Source of the DNA: Macrostomum lignano
Taxonomy: Eukaryota
DNA: 64,000 bases
Assembly: GCA_002269645.1 (NCBI GenBank)
Contig: NIVC01003754.1
Location: 1 to 64,000, forward strand
Direction of reading: 5' to 3'
The notes beneath the pieces are model-generated. The model ran no database searches, was not told the origin of the DNA, and saw only the letters and a program-made list of their open reading frames with translations. A program made the position numbers and the translations under genes. Positions 38,214 to 50,990 of this stretch are shown here, one piece after another (positions within the stretch are counted from its first letter, which is position 1; every line of letters begins with the position of its first letter).

Positions 38214-40121
38214 TCACTCCATGCAAGGAATTACTAAATACTCACAATCACATAAAATAAGAATGGCTTTTCTCTTGGGTTGAGCATTAGATACATAGGA
38301 CATGGAAAGTTGGTAGAATCCAATGCCTATTGACTCAGAAGGATAAGGATAAGAATAGAGTGACCGACTAAAAGTTAGACGCCGACCAGAAATTAGGCCA
38401 TCTTTCTCCCGTGAAATAATAATTACTTCATCATTATTTATAATAGCACAATTGTCTGGGCTTTTATTAGAAAATATAAGATTAGCAAGTTTATCATTGG
38501 AATACAAGAAACGCATATTAATCAACTGATTGACAGACTGAGTAAATATATTATTATTAGCCCTAATACGTTTTTTAATTAGCTGTAGATAATTCTCAAA
38601 AGGAAATGCAGAAAAGTTATCAACTGGACCATATATTTTAACAAACTCTGGAAGATGTAGAAGTGCATGGAAGTTGTAAGACAATACATTAGCATAATAT
38701 AGCCTTGGTGAATCCTGTACAAATTTTTTCAAACATGCTTCAGCTGCATGGAGATAATTCTTGTATGTTGTAGAGCTCAGTACATACATGGACCAGTGAA
38801 GCAGCATGAAGTGATTATAATATTGTATTGGTAGAATATCAACAAGAAGAAAAGGACCTAGATAAAGCAAAAATTGACGATACTCAGTAGCCTTGAAATG
38901 TTCAATATTTGATAGCTCGCGAAGCTTCCGCTGAAAGTTTGAAGGGATAAAAGGTTGGACTAACCTAACTTTCCCATTTAACATATTTTTAAGATGGCTA
39001 GAAAGTTTGCATGGTAGGCGAATATGCTTTGCACCAAAAAAGTAGAATTTGAGTAGCTTGCGACATACTCCAAGACAGACAATATGCATATAGTCAGGTG
39101 TAAAATTTGAATACATAGGTACAATACCTGCAAGTGGTGAAAGGCTATGTTGATTGTTCTCCCTATTGCTTTTATAATCCTCATTAGTTCTCTGTTCAGC
39201 AATACTACTTGAAAAACAAATCCTATCTCCTATATATTTGCCAACTTGCCGACACCAGCTACACCCAAAATAACTTGAATGACCCTTTAGACATTGGATA
39301 AAATTCCTTGCAGGTGTGTCACAGATAAATATAATATTTTTTAATTTTATTACTACCTCACCATAGTTAAAGTTAAATTTTATTAGACTATTTGCTTCTG
39401 TGCAAAAGTTATTAATGAAAGAAAGCAAGTCTGGTTTTCCTATACCACAAAATAGACCCAAAGGCACAGGTCGAAAGCAATCATTTACAATCATTAAGAT
39501 AGGCCAAAGACCAATACGAGATGATTTAAAAAGAGGAAGACCATCTATATTTATCCTTAATGAAACAAAAAACTCCTTGGCACCTTGTGGGATAGCCAAA
39601 ACCTTGGAATCAAAAAGAAATTGTAAATTGTCAGAAATAGACAAGAAAGCAAGTTTTCCATTATTGATGTTTAGCTTTTCAATCTCAGCCTTTGGAAAAA
39701 ACTTTCTTAGCATATAGACAGACTTTGGCATTCCAGGATGGAAGTTAGCCAACAGTTTAAGCAAATGGTTCATAGCCGATGTTGTGATATTAAAAGTTAA
39801 GTAGAACATTAGCAATTCTTGGACCAATTTAGCTGTGTCTAAATTGCTTTCTGGTTGCCCTTGAGGTTCCTGAATATCCTCCAATGGTTCTTCAAATAAA
39901 AGTTGCATTTCAAGATTAAAATCATTCAAAAGCTCATGACAATCAAAATATTCCGCATTTTCAATATCCACTTCTTGGCTAACAATATCCTCAATGTTAC
40001 TAGGCCCAGTATCTTCATAATCATGGGCGTGGACATGGCTATGATTTTCCAAGGATGGAATATCCTTCAGTATTTTTTCTATCTCTTTAGTTACATTTCT
40101 ACTAGAATTTCTTTTTGACAT
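38214..40121 (-). CDS. CACTA/EnSpm-like DDE transposase, 635 aa, intronless
   Basis: Motifs INIDGLPLFKSS..WPIL (first D), FICDTPAR (second D), GHSSYFGCSWC (CxxC), DYMHIVCLGV, KATEYRQFLLY, YNFHALLHL (HxxxH) and SAFPFENY (E). CxxC and H(3-4)H between the second D and the E are the CMC-superfamily signature. Confidence 0.88.
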   Translation of the reverse strand: MSKRNSSRNVTKEIEKILKDIPSLENHSHVHAHDYEDTGPSNIEDIVSQEVDIENAEYFDCHELLNDFNLEMQLLFEEPLEDIQEPQGQPESNLDTAKLVQELLMFYLTFNITTSAMNHLLKLLANFHPGMPKSVYMLRKFFPKAEIEKLNINNGKLAFLSISDNLQFLFDSKVLAIPQGAKEFFVSLRINIDGLPLFKSSRIGLWPILMIVNDCFRPVPLGLFCGIGKPDLLSFINNFCTEANSLIKFNFNYGEVVIKLKNIIFICDTPARNFIQCLKGHSSYFGCSWCRQVGKYIGDRICFSSSIAEQRTNEDYKSNRENNQHSLSPLAGIVPMYSNFTPDYMHIVCLGVCRKLLKFYFFGAKHIRLPCKLSSHLKNMLNGKVRLVQPFIPSNFQRKLRELSNIEHFKATEYRQFLLYLGPFLLVDILPIQYYNHFMLLHWSMYVLSSTTYKNYLHAAEACLKKFVQDSPRLYYANVLSYNFHALLHLPEFVKIYGPVDNFSAFPFENYLQLIKKRIRANNNIFTQSVNQLINMRFLYSNDKLANLIFSNKSPDNCAIINNDEVIIISREKDGLISGRRLTFSRSLYSYPYPSESIGIGFYQLSMSYVSNAQPKRKAILILCDCEYLVIPCME

Positions 40122-41629
40122 TTTGACAATCTTATAAATATGTCAAAGTTTTAAAATTTATATTAAACTAAATTTAGACTAGGCCTAAATTATCTTAAAT
40201 TTAAGTTTAATTGAAGTTTTGGACAGTAAATGTAATGTTAAATATGATATAAATAGCTATTTACTTTATAGACTATAGTCAAGTCAATAATACTTATTCA
40301 CTATAAAAAACAAGTTAATAATTTTTATGATTAATTATATTGCCTTAACCTAATAAAGACAAGTCACAATTGCTAAAAACTAAATTTAATCAAAAAACTA
40401 TACTTGCAGTGGTATAAAAAACTTTGTTTTGCTTATAGATACACTAATGAATGAACCAAATGAACCAATGTCAAGCTCAAATGATTGTCTATTGATAACT
40501 ATATATGATAATATTGAGTAATGACTCAATGAGTAATAATATGAATAATGAGTAATATGAATCTTAAAAAGAATTTTGGCTAGGCCCTATATTTTTTCTA
40601 TTTAAAGTCTTCCTTCAAAGTTTAAAATAGGCAGTTGAACATGTGATATAATGGAAGCAAGGTTGTAACTTGTAAGTAGTTGTTTGTAGGTGAAAAATGA
40701 AAGCCAAATAGTTTTTAAGACAATTATCAAGAAAAAATAAAGGTAATTTGAGAAATACAGTGTAAACCTAACTTATATAATTATAAATATAAGTATAGCA
40801 GTAGTTATGTAGGAATATAAAAAAATTGCAATAGGCAAAGCAATGAGAGTAATTTAAATTTAGGTTGTGGCCTTGTGGGTGAAGGCTCTGCTTTCAATCA
40901 CTAGATTTAGTCAAAATTAAATTACAAAGGCTAGTGGCTAGGGCTAGTGCAGAGGCGCGGTTTTGAGCAAGAGAGGTTGTAAAATAAATCGGTTTTTAAA
41001 ATACTTCGGTATAAAATGGATGAGCCAGCGCATTCTAGTGGCGTAAAAACAAAAACTAAGTTATACTAATAATGTATTTTCCCATAAAAGTATATTTTCG
41101 CACTTGTAGTTAATGCATATATACAGCAGTACACGTTTAGTACAGCACATGCTTTTTGAATATGGCTGTATCGGAAAGCCAAAGGAAAAATGGGTACAAA
41201 ATCCGATCGGAAGAGTTACGAACCATTTCCGACTAATTTCCGATGAGCAATTGTAGCTCAAAAAATATTTTCTTGAATTGCTGATGTTATTTATCATAGT
41301 AACGTAATTATTTAAAACAAAATAATGTGTTTAATCCACTTTCCGACAAATTCCGAATACCGATTAAATTACGATCAGATTCCGATCGAATTCCGACTAC
41401 CCTTTTTTACTGGGTATCTAAATGTAAAGTTTCAACTCTGTAACTCAACCGAAAAAAGAAACTGTAAGCATGTGAAGTTTGTCTGCTTTTTCTGTTGTTT
41501 GTGCCACTCACTCACTCATTCCCCCAGAGCGAGACGAAGGGTCAGGCGATAGGACTGAATGTACATAGCAAATGTACAGTGTTTTGGAATAACTTTATTT
41601 ATAGCCTTCTCTGCACCCCGAGAGTGGAG

Positions 41630-42500
41630 AGGCGTGGAGAGGAGAGAGTATAGAAGAGAGAAGTGAAGAGACAAGAAGAAAGAAGAAAGGATCGAGTCCT
41701 CCTGAGTCAAAAAAGGGGAAAGAGAGGAGTACAAGTGGAGAGAGGTGAGAGAACATATGAGAGTAAAGATGACAGAACAGAGAGGGGAGATGAGAGATCA
41801 GAACAGACGAGAGATGGGAGAGTAGAGAGAAAAGAGGAGAGATAAGAAATAAGAGATGAGAGGTGCAGACAAGGGAGAGATGAGAAGTGAGTGAGGAGAG
41901 AGGAGGGGAATTGGGAGAGAATCGAGAGGACAGGGGAAATTGGTGAAAAGGACGAGAGAGGAGAGGAAAGAGGGGAGAGATTAGAGAGAAGAGAGATAGG
42001 ACAGGAGATAGCAGAGAGATGAGAGGAGAGAGGGGGGAGAGGAGAGAGAAGATAAAAGAAGAAAAATGAGAGATAAGATAGCAAAGACGAGAGAGAAGGG
42101 AGGTGAGGGATAGAAGACATGAGAGGAGAGAGTTGAGAGAAGAGAGGAAAAAGGAGAGAGTAGAGATAAGGAAAAAGTTAAGAGAGGGTATAGTAAGGAG
42201 TGAGAAGAGAGGTGAGGGAAGAGAGAGCAGAGAGCAGAGGGAAACAAGAAGAGATAAAAGAGGAGAAAGGAGATATGAGAGACCAGAGACCAGAGAGAAA
42301 AGAGGAGAAGAGAGAGAAAAGAATAGAGGGAGATGGAAGAGACGAGAGAAGACGAGAGAGGAGAGAGGACAGAGGAGAGAAGAAAGAAGAGATAAGAGGA
42401 GAGAGAGAAGAGACAAGAGAGAAGATAGGAAACAGAAAAGAAGATGGAAGTTTCAAAGGATGCAAAGGACATAGGGAGAGGCAGAGGTAGAGGCCAGAGT
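41630..42500. repeat. Polypurine (GA-rich) low-complexity tract, about 870 bp
   Basis: The plus strand is almost only A/G. It is the inverted homologue of the 18005-18610 module. Confidence 0.9.
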
Positions 42501-43030
42501 TTGCCTGACATTCTGCGCAGCACCCCAGCCAACAATAGCAATGTTTGCCTCAAATCCTAATTTTACATGAATGTACACTATTTAACTCTAATCCTAACTA
42601 TTAACAAGTTTTTGTTTGAGTTTGACCTCAGATTTTAGAATACATGCAAAAAAATCCAGGGAATGGAGTTCCCCGGGTTCAAAATCCGCGGGTTTCAACA
42701 GCTTGTTGTTTATAAACGGAAAAAAATAACGAGTCAAATTAAGTCAAAAACTACAACAAATACCACAAACATTAGAAAATGTAATCGCTAAATTTAAGTA
42801 AAAATGTTTTGTTTTGGTTCATGAAACTAGCAAAATTAAAATAAATGGCTAGTCCAGATAAAAAACCTTCAAACTGTTTTAAAATAGCGCGTGAGTTCAG
42901 AAGTTTTCGTGTGTTCAAAATTCAATTATTGCTTAATTTATGAACATCATTCGGCTAGGCCCCTTAAACAACATTTTCAGCGTTTCCAATGCTAGGGTTT
43001 AGAGCGTACAAATCTTTAAAAAGTTCAAAG

Positions 43031-43119
43031 CATACATGCGCAACTGCTGGCCGACCTGGCCGTGGCCGATCCGGCCACTATAAATTGTGGTAGACCAGGG
43101 GTAAGTCGCAAAAATGCCC
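43031..43119. mobile_element. Solitary MULE TIR, same family as 22262-22343
   Basis: catacatgcgcaactgctggccgacctggcc..taaattgtggtagaccaggggtaagtcgcaaaaatgccc. Confidence 0.8.
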
Positions 43120-43414
43120 ACCGCCGTTTAAATCAAATTGCATTGATTTCGCTTTAGTGTTTCCCTTATAGGTAGGGTAAGTTGCATTTTTGTTCAAAAA
43201 AAAGTTGCATAGCCAATGTAAATCAATTGGCATTCCTTCGCGGTTTACGATCATTGAAATTAGTGACAATCCCCATTGGAGAGACAGGGAAGATACAAAA
43301 GTGTTGTTTATTTCTTCAACTTGCAAAACAGTAGACAAGCACTGCAATCCTTTTTATTTATACATCATAACACAAGTAGCACGCATGTTTGAATAAAAAA
43401 GAAGGTGGATTTTT

Positions 43415-44830
43415 AGTGATCCATTTCACCGCTTCAAGAATCCAAAGACGATCCTATATATCCACTTTGGTTTAGGCAGTGCTTATCCCCACGGTACCGT
43501 AGGAATAATTTCTGTCTTATTCCAACGGTACCGTGGGGATAATTTTCAGCTTATCCGCACGGCACATTGACGAGATAGCTGCCCCATCTTCTACATATGC
43601 TGTGGGAATAATTTTCTGCTTATCCGCACGGTTGAATTGTTGAAGCAATGCAATAATCTATACAAACAAATTGAGAATTTACATGTCTAGTAAGAAGTCT
43701 ACAGAAGCAGCGGCAATGGACTTTTCGGGGATGTCGGGATTAGACTAGTTGCTAAAAGTTCTTAAATTGTAAACAATTACTAGAGCAATTCATCTTAAAT
43801 CATACGTCATAAATACAAAAAAGTGTTTTTTGCGTAAAAAGGCTATTAAATCTTTACTTCTATCAAAATAATAGCCAAGCAAAGTTATGTTGTTATATTG
43901 CACTCAAACCGTAAGTACTAAACTAAATTATGAACCCACGGCATATGTAGAAGATGGGCAGCTATCTCGTCAGTGTGCCGTGCGGATAAGCAGAAAATTA
44001 TCCCCACGGTACCGTTGGAGTAAGACAGAAATTATTCCTATGGTACCGTGGGGATAAGCACTGCCTTTGGTTTATGATCATTTAAATGGGAGTAATACAT
44101 ATAAATGATCATGAACCAAAGCTAGCCATGTATTGAGATAGCTACAAGCTTTATCTGAAATCAAGCCCTATCTCGATACATGGCTAGCTTTGGTTCACGA
44201 TCATTTACATGTATTACTCCCATTTAAATGATTGTAAACCAAAGCTGAGGGGGGGTGCCAGCGTGCAGAGAATAATAAAGTGTCAAGTTACTTAGCAGTG
44301 CACATTAACTCAAGACATTTTAATCGCCAACAAGTCCCACCAGTTAAACTAATAACTATGATATACATGTCTTCAACACCCTCCCCTCAGCTTCGGTTCA
44401 CAATCATTTATATGCATTGCTTCCATTTAAATGATTGTAAACCAAAGTGGATATATAGGATCCCACGTCTTCTTGGATTCATTTTTGGAAATTGAAATCA
44501 TGCACTAACCCTCTCAACTAGCTATCTCAATACATGGCTAGCTTTGGCTCACAATCATTTACATGTATTGTTTCCATTTAAATGATCGTAAACCGAAGTA
44601 GATATATAGGATCCTTGTCATTGCCATCGCAATGCCATGAAAGTAACCATTTGTTGGCTATTCTGTTCAGTTTTTCTAATAGGCCTATGTAACATATAAG
44701 CTTAGTTAGTTTAACAATTTTGTTTATTTCAAGTAAGCTACAATCATTTATATGGAAAATTACATGGGGATGGGGATCGTGAACCGAAATGTACGTGGAA
44801 AAATGATCATAAACCAAAGGAATGCCAATC
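43415..44830. repeat. Modular foldback-type repeat (aaaccaaag / gatcattta modules) hosting the 43474 MITE
   Basis: Inverted modules tagccatgtattgagatagcta / tagctatctcaatacatggcta and atcctatatatccactttggttt / aaaccaaagtggatatataggat. Confidence 0.6.
43474..44066. mobile_element. MITE with ~130-bp TIRs and a 7-bp TSD
   Basis: aggcagtgcttatccccacggtacc / ggtaccgtggggataagcactgcct, with ttggttt on both flanks (43467-73, 44067-73). Confidence 0.85.
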
Positions 44831-47589
44831 AATTAAGGGGTTGCCTGTATGGTTCAAAGCCAAAATATTTAAAAATTGGACCTGGGACAAGACATAGGCC
44901 TAACAAGCAAGGGGACTATTATGTATAGGCCTACTTAAGCTCATAAGGTGGAGTCCCTATTGTCCCCTTGCTTCATTGCTTATTCTTTTCTATCAATCTA
45001 AAGTCTAATTTATGTAATCTTTTTTGCCAAATCTAGCTTCCTGGTGTCACTATGAACATAATGAATTATCATTTGACATTTGTATAATATAGGTTAATTC
45101 AGGCTCAACTTTTTAAAGCTTAAGTTGATACAATTGATAAGCCTAGGCCTTTTCTTATCTGTATCCTATGTAGGCAATGACAGTGCCTATTTGTCCGGTA
45201 TTGCCATATCGGATGAATAAATTTAACTATTATTTGTCCAGTACCAGATATAAAAGTAATCATAATTTTTTATGATTAGATGGTGCTATTTCTCAGAAAT
45301 TCTAGAACTTTGGGCAAAAAATACTTGGGCATAGTCTACACCTCATTGCCTGATCTAGCAGTTTTGTATAACTTTTACCTTTATTATATTTCATTCTATA
45401 CATATCTGTATGTTTTGGTTTCACAGTAAACAGTAGTCATCGTACAATCAAAATTAATAATGACATTTGTTGCTTTATAACACAAATGTTAAAGTAAGGA
45501 CTTTGAGTTATTACAATAACAATTGGAGTTCTTACAATAAAAAAGTGGAATCATCACTACAGATTTGAACTCAGTATTGACTGATCATCAAGAAGACACT
45601 CTAACATCACGCTAGTGTATTTTGCTAGAAAAGATGCGTAGAGTGGCATATAAATTCATGCAGCCCAGCTGGTATCAAACAAAAAACTTCATTATTATTT
45701 ATCCGGTACCAGACAAATAATATTACTTTTATTTATCCAGTACCAGACAAACAGTCATTGCCATATTGGCATATAAAAACCTAGAATAAAACAAAACATC
45801 ATAAACAAAAACTGTTTGTTCAAACTGACATAATACAGCTATGCTTAGGACCTATATTTTTTTCACTTTAATTCTTTGTTTTATTAAAACTAGTCTTTGA
45901 GCCCTTAAAAATGGCTATTTGGCCTCTGCTCTAAAATGCCAATTATAGAATAATTAGAACAATTAGAATAACTATAGTCTATAACTTGCATAATTGAGTG
46001 ACAAACAATAATAAATTTATATTATAACTTATATTTTTTATATATATCAAAGACAATTTTGGTTATAGATAGTCAAGTTTAAATGTTTTTAACTATAAAC
46101 ACTATGATGTTTTAAATTGTTTTAATTGAAGTCCTATTATTTTCTTTTTAAAAATACCTCATAATATAAATTAAAAATGGTAAGCCTATAAAGTATAATA
46201 AAGACAATTAAAGTATTATATTGCAAAAGACGTATGATAACAAGCAGTGTAGGCCTAATGTCAATCAAATCAGAGATAAAAAGTATCTTTATTATTCTAG
46301 CAAAATTTTTGTTGCTTAACATAGACATAACATAGACTTAACATAAATAGAAAACAAAGGAAAGCCCTAGGATTTTTTTACTCTATTGGTCTTGGTCATT
46401 GGTGATAATAGTTAAGATCCTAGTCAAACTCAAATTGTCAATTGGCATTTTGTCAATTAGGAAGCCATTGCCTCCTCAATATTGAGCCTAGGGAGAGATT
46501 TTAAATCAATATAGCCCTATTAGAATCACTATAGTCTATATATAATATAACTATATAATATCAATTTGAAAATATTTTATATTTTATTTAAAATTGATAG
46601 CATAGGCCTATTATTATGTTTATTGCCCTGCACCTAAGTCACAATCATATCAATTATTTATTATGAAATAAGAATATTATTTTATTATAATTTTATCAGC
46701 AGTTAATTACATGTATTCAACTGATCAATAATTAAAGTATAAGTTTTCATTCTTAATCATTAGAAAAGTAATGACACAATGGCACTAATTTTAAAATTCT
46801 TCTGTTTGAAAGGTGCAATCTGCCTTTTTGCATTAAAGTTCCATTGGTCAAGAAGGCTTTTTCTAATAAGTTTATCTGTTAAGTAATTTAAAAAACTAAA
46901 ATGAAAATTCTTACAAGACTTTGTTTTCACTTGGGTTTAAAAAGATGCCATGCAATGCAAGGCAATAAACAAATTAATGAATTAATTTGGTGTTAGTCAT
47001 TGCACTATTGTCGGTGGTTTCATTTACTCTTGCATTTACCTTGGGTTATTGTCTGCCACTAAGCAGTCCCCTTCTCTTTGGTCAGCCTATTCTCCTGTCT
47101 TCTCCTTTTTCTCTGGGCTTTTGTTTGTAGCCACAGGCATCTTTGTTATGGTATGCTTTTGGTTCACTCCATTTCTAAGGTCATGGCTAGTGGCCTATTT
47201 AGTAGTAGTAGTTCCTTTATTATGTGAGCTAATCATATGGTAAGCCTTGTTTTCTTGGAGCCCAAAGTGCAGTAAACATGTTTACTGCATTTGTTGGCCT
47301 ATGTTTATAGGGGAATCTTGTGTCCTAAGACCTTTGCCTTCTCTAAGTTTTTAAGGTGGGGGATGAAATCCATATACTAAAAATCTAGTATACTAAACAT
47401 GAAAAATTTCTTAGTTGCTTGCTTGCTTGTATGTAGTCAATTATTTCCCAAATAGCTCAACCAATTTTTTGCAATTTCTTCACTATAAGATATCAAATAT
47501 GCCTAAAACAATAATGTTATATCAAATAATACTTAAAATACCACTAATTGACAAAAATGTTGTCAACTATAGGGTAGAAAGGCTAGAGG

Positions 47590-48280
47590 CAAACTTAAGA
47601 GGGCAGAGAGGCAGACTCAAGGTGACAGAAAGGCAGACTCAAGAGGGCAGAGAGGTGAACTCAAGAGGGCAGAGACAGAGAGACAGACTCAAAGGAGCAA
47701 AGAGGTAGACAAGGAGGCAAAGAAGCAGACTCAAGGGGGCAGAGAGGGAGACTCAAGGGGATAAAGAGGCAGATTCAAGGGGGCAGAGAGGCAGACTCAA
47801 GGGGGCAGAAAGGCAGACTCAAGAGGGCAGAAAGGTGGACTCAAGAGGGCAGAGATAGAAAGACAGACTCAAGGGGGGCAGAGAGGTAGACAAGGGGCAA
47901 AGAGGTAGACAAGGGGGCAAAAAAGCAGACTCAAGGGGGCACAGAGGGAGACTCAAGGGGGCAGAGGCAGACTTAAGGGGGCAGAAAGGCAGACTCAAGA
48001 GGGCAGAGAGGTAGATTCAAAGGGCAGAGACAAAGAGACAGACTCAAGGGGGCAGAGAGGTAGACAAGGGGGCAAAGAAGCAGGCTCAAGGGGGCAGAAA
48101 GGGAGACTCAAGGGGATAAAGAGGCAGATTCAAGGGGGCAGAGAGGCAGACTTAAGGGGGCAGAGAGGCAGACTCAAGGGGGCAGAGAGGCAGACTCAAG
48201 GGGGCAGAGAGGCAGACTCAAGGGGGCAGAGAGGCAGACTCAAGGAGGCAGAGAGGCAGACTCAAGGGGGCAGAGAGATG
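47590..48280. repeat. G-rich ~21-22-bp minisatellite (gagaggcagactcaagggggca) with a ~178-bp higher-order period
   Basis: Tandem units; variant blocks recur at about 47630, 47809 and 47985. Confidence 0.92.
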
Positions 48281-49849
48281 CAATGTAAATGATGGGTTTT
48301 CTATAAAAAAAACTTTCAATAAACTCAATCTAAGAGTTGCTAAGACTAAGACTTTGTCTATCTTATTCATGTTGTCAATTGTCATTAACTCTATCAAACT
48401 TAAAAAATTTAAGTGAATTGTTTGAAGCTGTAAAAGTTTGCATAATCAGGTTATTCACAAAACTGATAATATTATTATTTGTTAGTTAGACAGTCATGAC
48501 ATTAAGAAAAATAACATGCTTTAGCAACAGATCATCATTAAAAGTAAGACAAATCTATGACAGTCATTTATATGCTTATTTAGTTCTTTTAAAAATTTGA
48601 CACACAAACTAGTTTTTAGAAAAGAATGTTTTCAAACTAGTTAACTGGTTCTCAAAAAGGAATAATTTTTGCATCTTTACCCTTTACCATTGTTTCTATC
48701 AAGGGTTTCTCCAATTTCCAAACTTGTCATTATTGTTCTCTAAGCCTCTAAGTCTTCCATGTTAGTTCCAGTTGCCTTTTTAAGCTATTTATAATTTGCC
48801 TGACTAAACTCAGATGCCTAAGCCTAAATGAGGCTAACACAACCATCCATTGCGCCTGGTAAGATCTGTTGACTATGTAGAATGCCTTGCTTATTAATCT
48901 GCAAATCTGCAGAGTGCTGAGTTTGTTGACTTGTTTATTTCATTCCTATAGGAGGCTTATCAAAGGCCAAGGCCTAAAGGAACTGTTAGCAGCACTACCT
49001 ATGCTACTAAGAAGGCTTCTAGAGTTCTGATCAGATAGGATAGAGAGCCACTAAACCACTGTTAGACTGGTGGAGAAGCACAGGTACATACTAGTTTTGG
49101 GCCCAATTATGTTTATTTTACATCAGATTTACAATAGTGTTTATTAAAAAAACTAAAATTTGTTTGTTATACAAAATGTTTGTCTATATTCTAATCCCAG
49201 GATTGCAATCCCTTCCATAGGGTAAATTGGGCATTCAAATTTGAAAATGAAAATATGCATGATCCATTTGAAGGCTTAGTGGAAAGGCAAGAATTGCCTT
49301 TTTGTGAAAAAAAAAGATTGCAGGCACACAGTTTTAGCAGCTTGTGCTGCACTTACTCAGCCTCCACTGAAGCCCATTGGCTAGATTCATTGGTATATAT
49401 TTTATTAGCTAAAGACTTTTAAAACCTTAATAATAAAATTGATATATATTGTTAGGATTTTATATAGAAATTTCCCAGAATCCTGCTAGGTCTAGATCTC
49501 TAATTTAAATAGCAATGAAGTATAATACACTTATTAATATTTGTGATTTACTGAATCTTATAGCATTGTATAGAATGCCCAATGTAAAAAAAGATGGCCA
49601 TATAGGATTTTTTCACCATTAGTAATAATTTCTTGTCTACAATCTTTTATTTTATGATTTTTCAGTAAATTTTCAAGTATTTAAGTTCAAACACCTAAGA
49701 TATTGTGAAAAAATGTAAGCTTGTCCATGCAAGGTGTTACAATTTTTGTATGATTATCAAAAATCCAAAAAAACTTATGAAAAATTTTAATTCTGATTTT
49801 GATTCTAAAGTAACAGAAGATTAATTGGCCATTGACTGCAATCATAAGC

Positions 49850-50990
49850 TGGTAGTAGTCCAGGAGTAGATCCACCTAGTCTTGGAGAGCACTTTGGGAG
49901 ATTCTCAAAAACAATTGCAATGTCTTCACAAATGCCTTCAACATTGTCTTCAGTGTTTTTAACCTCTTGACAGCCATTGAAAGTCATGCCCCAGCATGTG
50001 TCAGAAAGGTGGTGGGCCAGTGAGGCCATGCCCCCCCCCACTTGGGGGGCACACATAGTACCTGCCCCCGCTTTTTAGCAACTTTTGATATATTTTTCTC
50101 CAAAAGGAGTGCTAAAATTGTTATAATTATCTGATCAATATAAATATTTTCTACTTTATGAGAGGTGGAGACTAAAATATGGATTGGATCAGGTCAGATT
50201 CAGGATCTGAAATCTGTAAGATCAGCCATTAATTGATTATATCTAATGAGTAATGATCATATGCATCAGAATGGGAGGCATGACCCCCCACTTTTAAAGT
50301 GTGGGAGGGATTAATGGTGCCTGACCCCCCCCCACTTTTTTAAATGTTCCGACGCCTATGTGCCCCAGCATGCAATCTTTAGCCAAAGGAATAGAAATTG
50401 GTCATACAGGTTCAGATTGGTACTGTAGAGGCTCTCGCAAATCACATTAACATAGTGCTCTTTCTGGTAAATCTGAAAGAGTTGTGCAACATGCAGTCAA
50501 GCATTGTCCATTTGCAAGCTGATCTCGCTTAGTCAGACTAGGCTAGGTTGGAGTGCAGAGTATGCCGCAGGTTCCAATTCACCAGAGGTAGCTCACCATC
50601 TGAGGGTCTCTCTGAGGCAATGCAGTCACTGAGAATCGCTTCTTGACTGTAAAAATGACCATCAGCAGGGACTTCCGCTTCGTCATGGCATTCGGGCGCA
50701 CGATCTGCTTACAGGGCTCTCCCCTCTCAAGCCAAGTCCTGTTGTCGGTCTTGATTCCGAGCATTCCAGGACACCTATGTCTCGTCTTGCACAGCGTACA
50801 GATCGTGTGGGGTACCCACACCGCATACCCACCTCAGCTGCAGGTCCTCTCGAAGGATGCGAAGTTTTGTGCTATGGTCACTACTCAGCTAAATCACGAA
50901 ACGAAAGGTGGGGATCCTCACAGACTATCTCCTTCACCTTCATTGCCAGCTCACCTGTCCTTGAGCCTGAAGACACTCAAGGGTTTTGAG
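49850..50990 (-). pseudogene. Second mariner transposase relic, split by a MITE
   Basis: Minus-strand remnants KEIVCEDPHLSFRDLAE, RILREDLQL, VWVPH, KSLLMVIFT, LQMDNA*LH, ESLYSTNLNLYDQFLFLWLK and, after the insertion, GMTFNGCQEVK. Many stops and frameshifts. Confidence 0.75.
49995..50360. mobile_element. hAT-type MITE inserted in the mariner relic
   Basis: 8-bp TSD tgccccag (49987-94, 50361-68). The right end is ttccgacgcctatg; the left end is degenerate. Confidence 0.6.

Larger units (their letters stand above)
34686..41414 (-). mobile_element. Full-length CACTA/EnSpm-like (CMC superfamily) DNA transposon, 6729 bp
   Basis: TIR cccagtaaaaaagggtagtcggaat is 25/25 identical (35/36 when extended). 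TA lies on both flanks (34684-85, 41415-16). Clustered subterminal tccgatcgga-type repeats at both ends. Two intact genes inside. Confidence 0.92.

Noticed and set aside
41595-42553. ORFs of 273, 190, 137 and 123 aa
   Set aside because: They are artefacts of the GA-rich tract, open in several frames on both strands.
45565-45625. tRNA gene
   Set aside because: Only degenerate A/B-box-like motifs on the minus strand and no cloverleaf; at most a SINE remnant.
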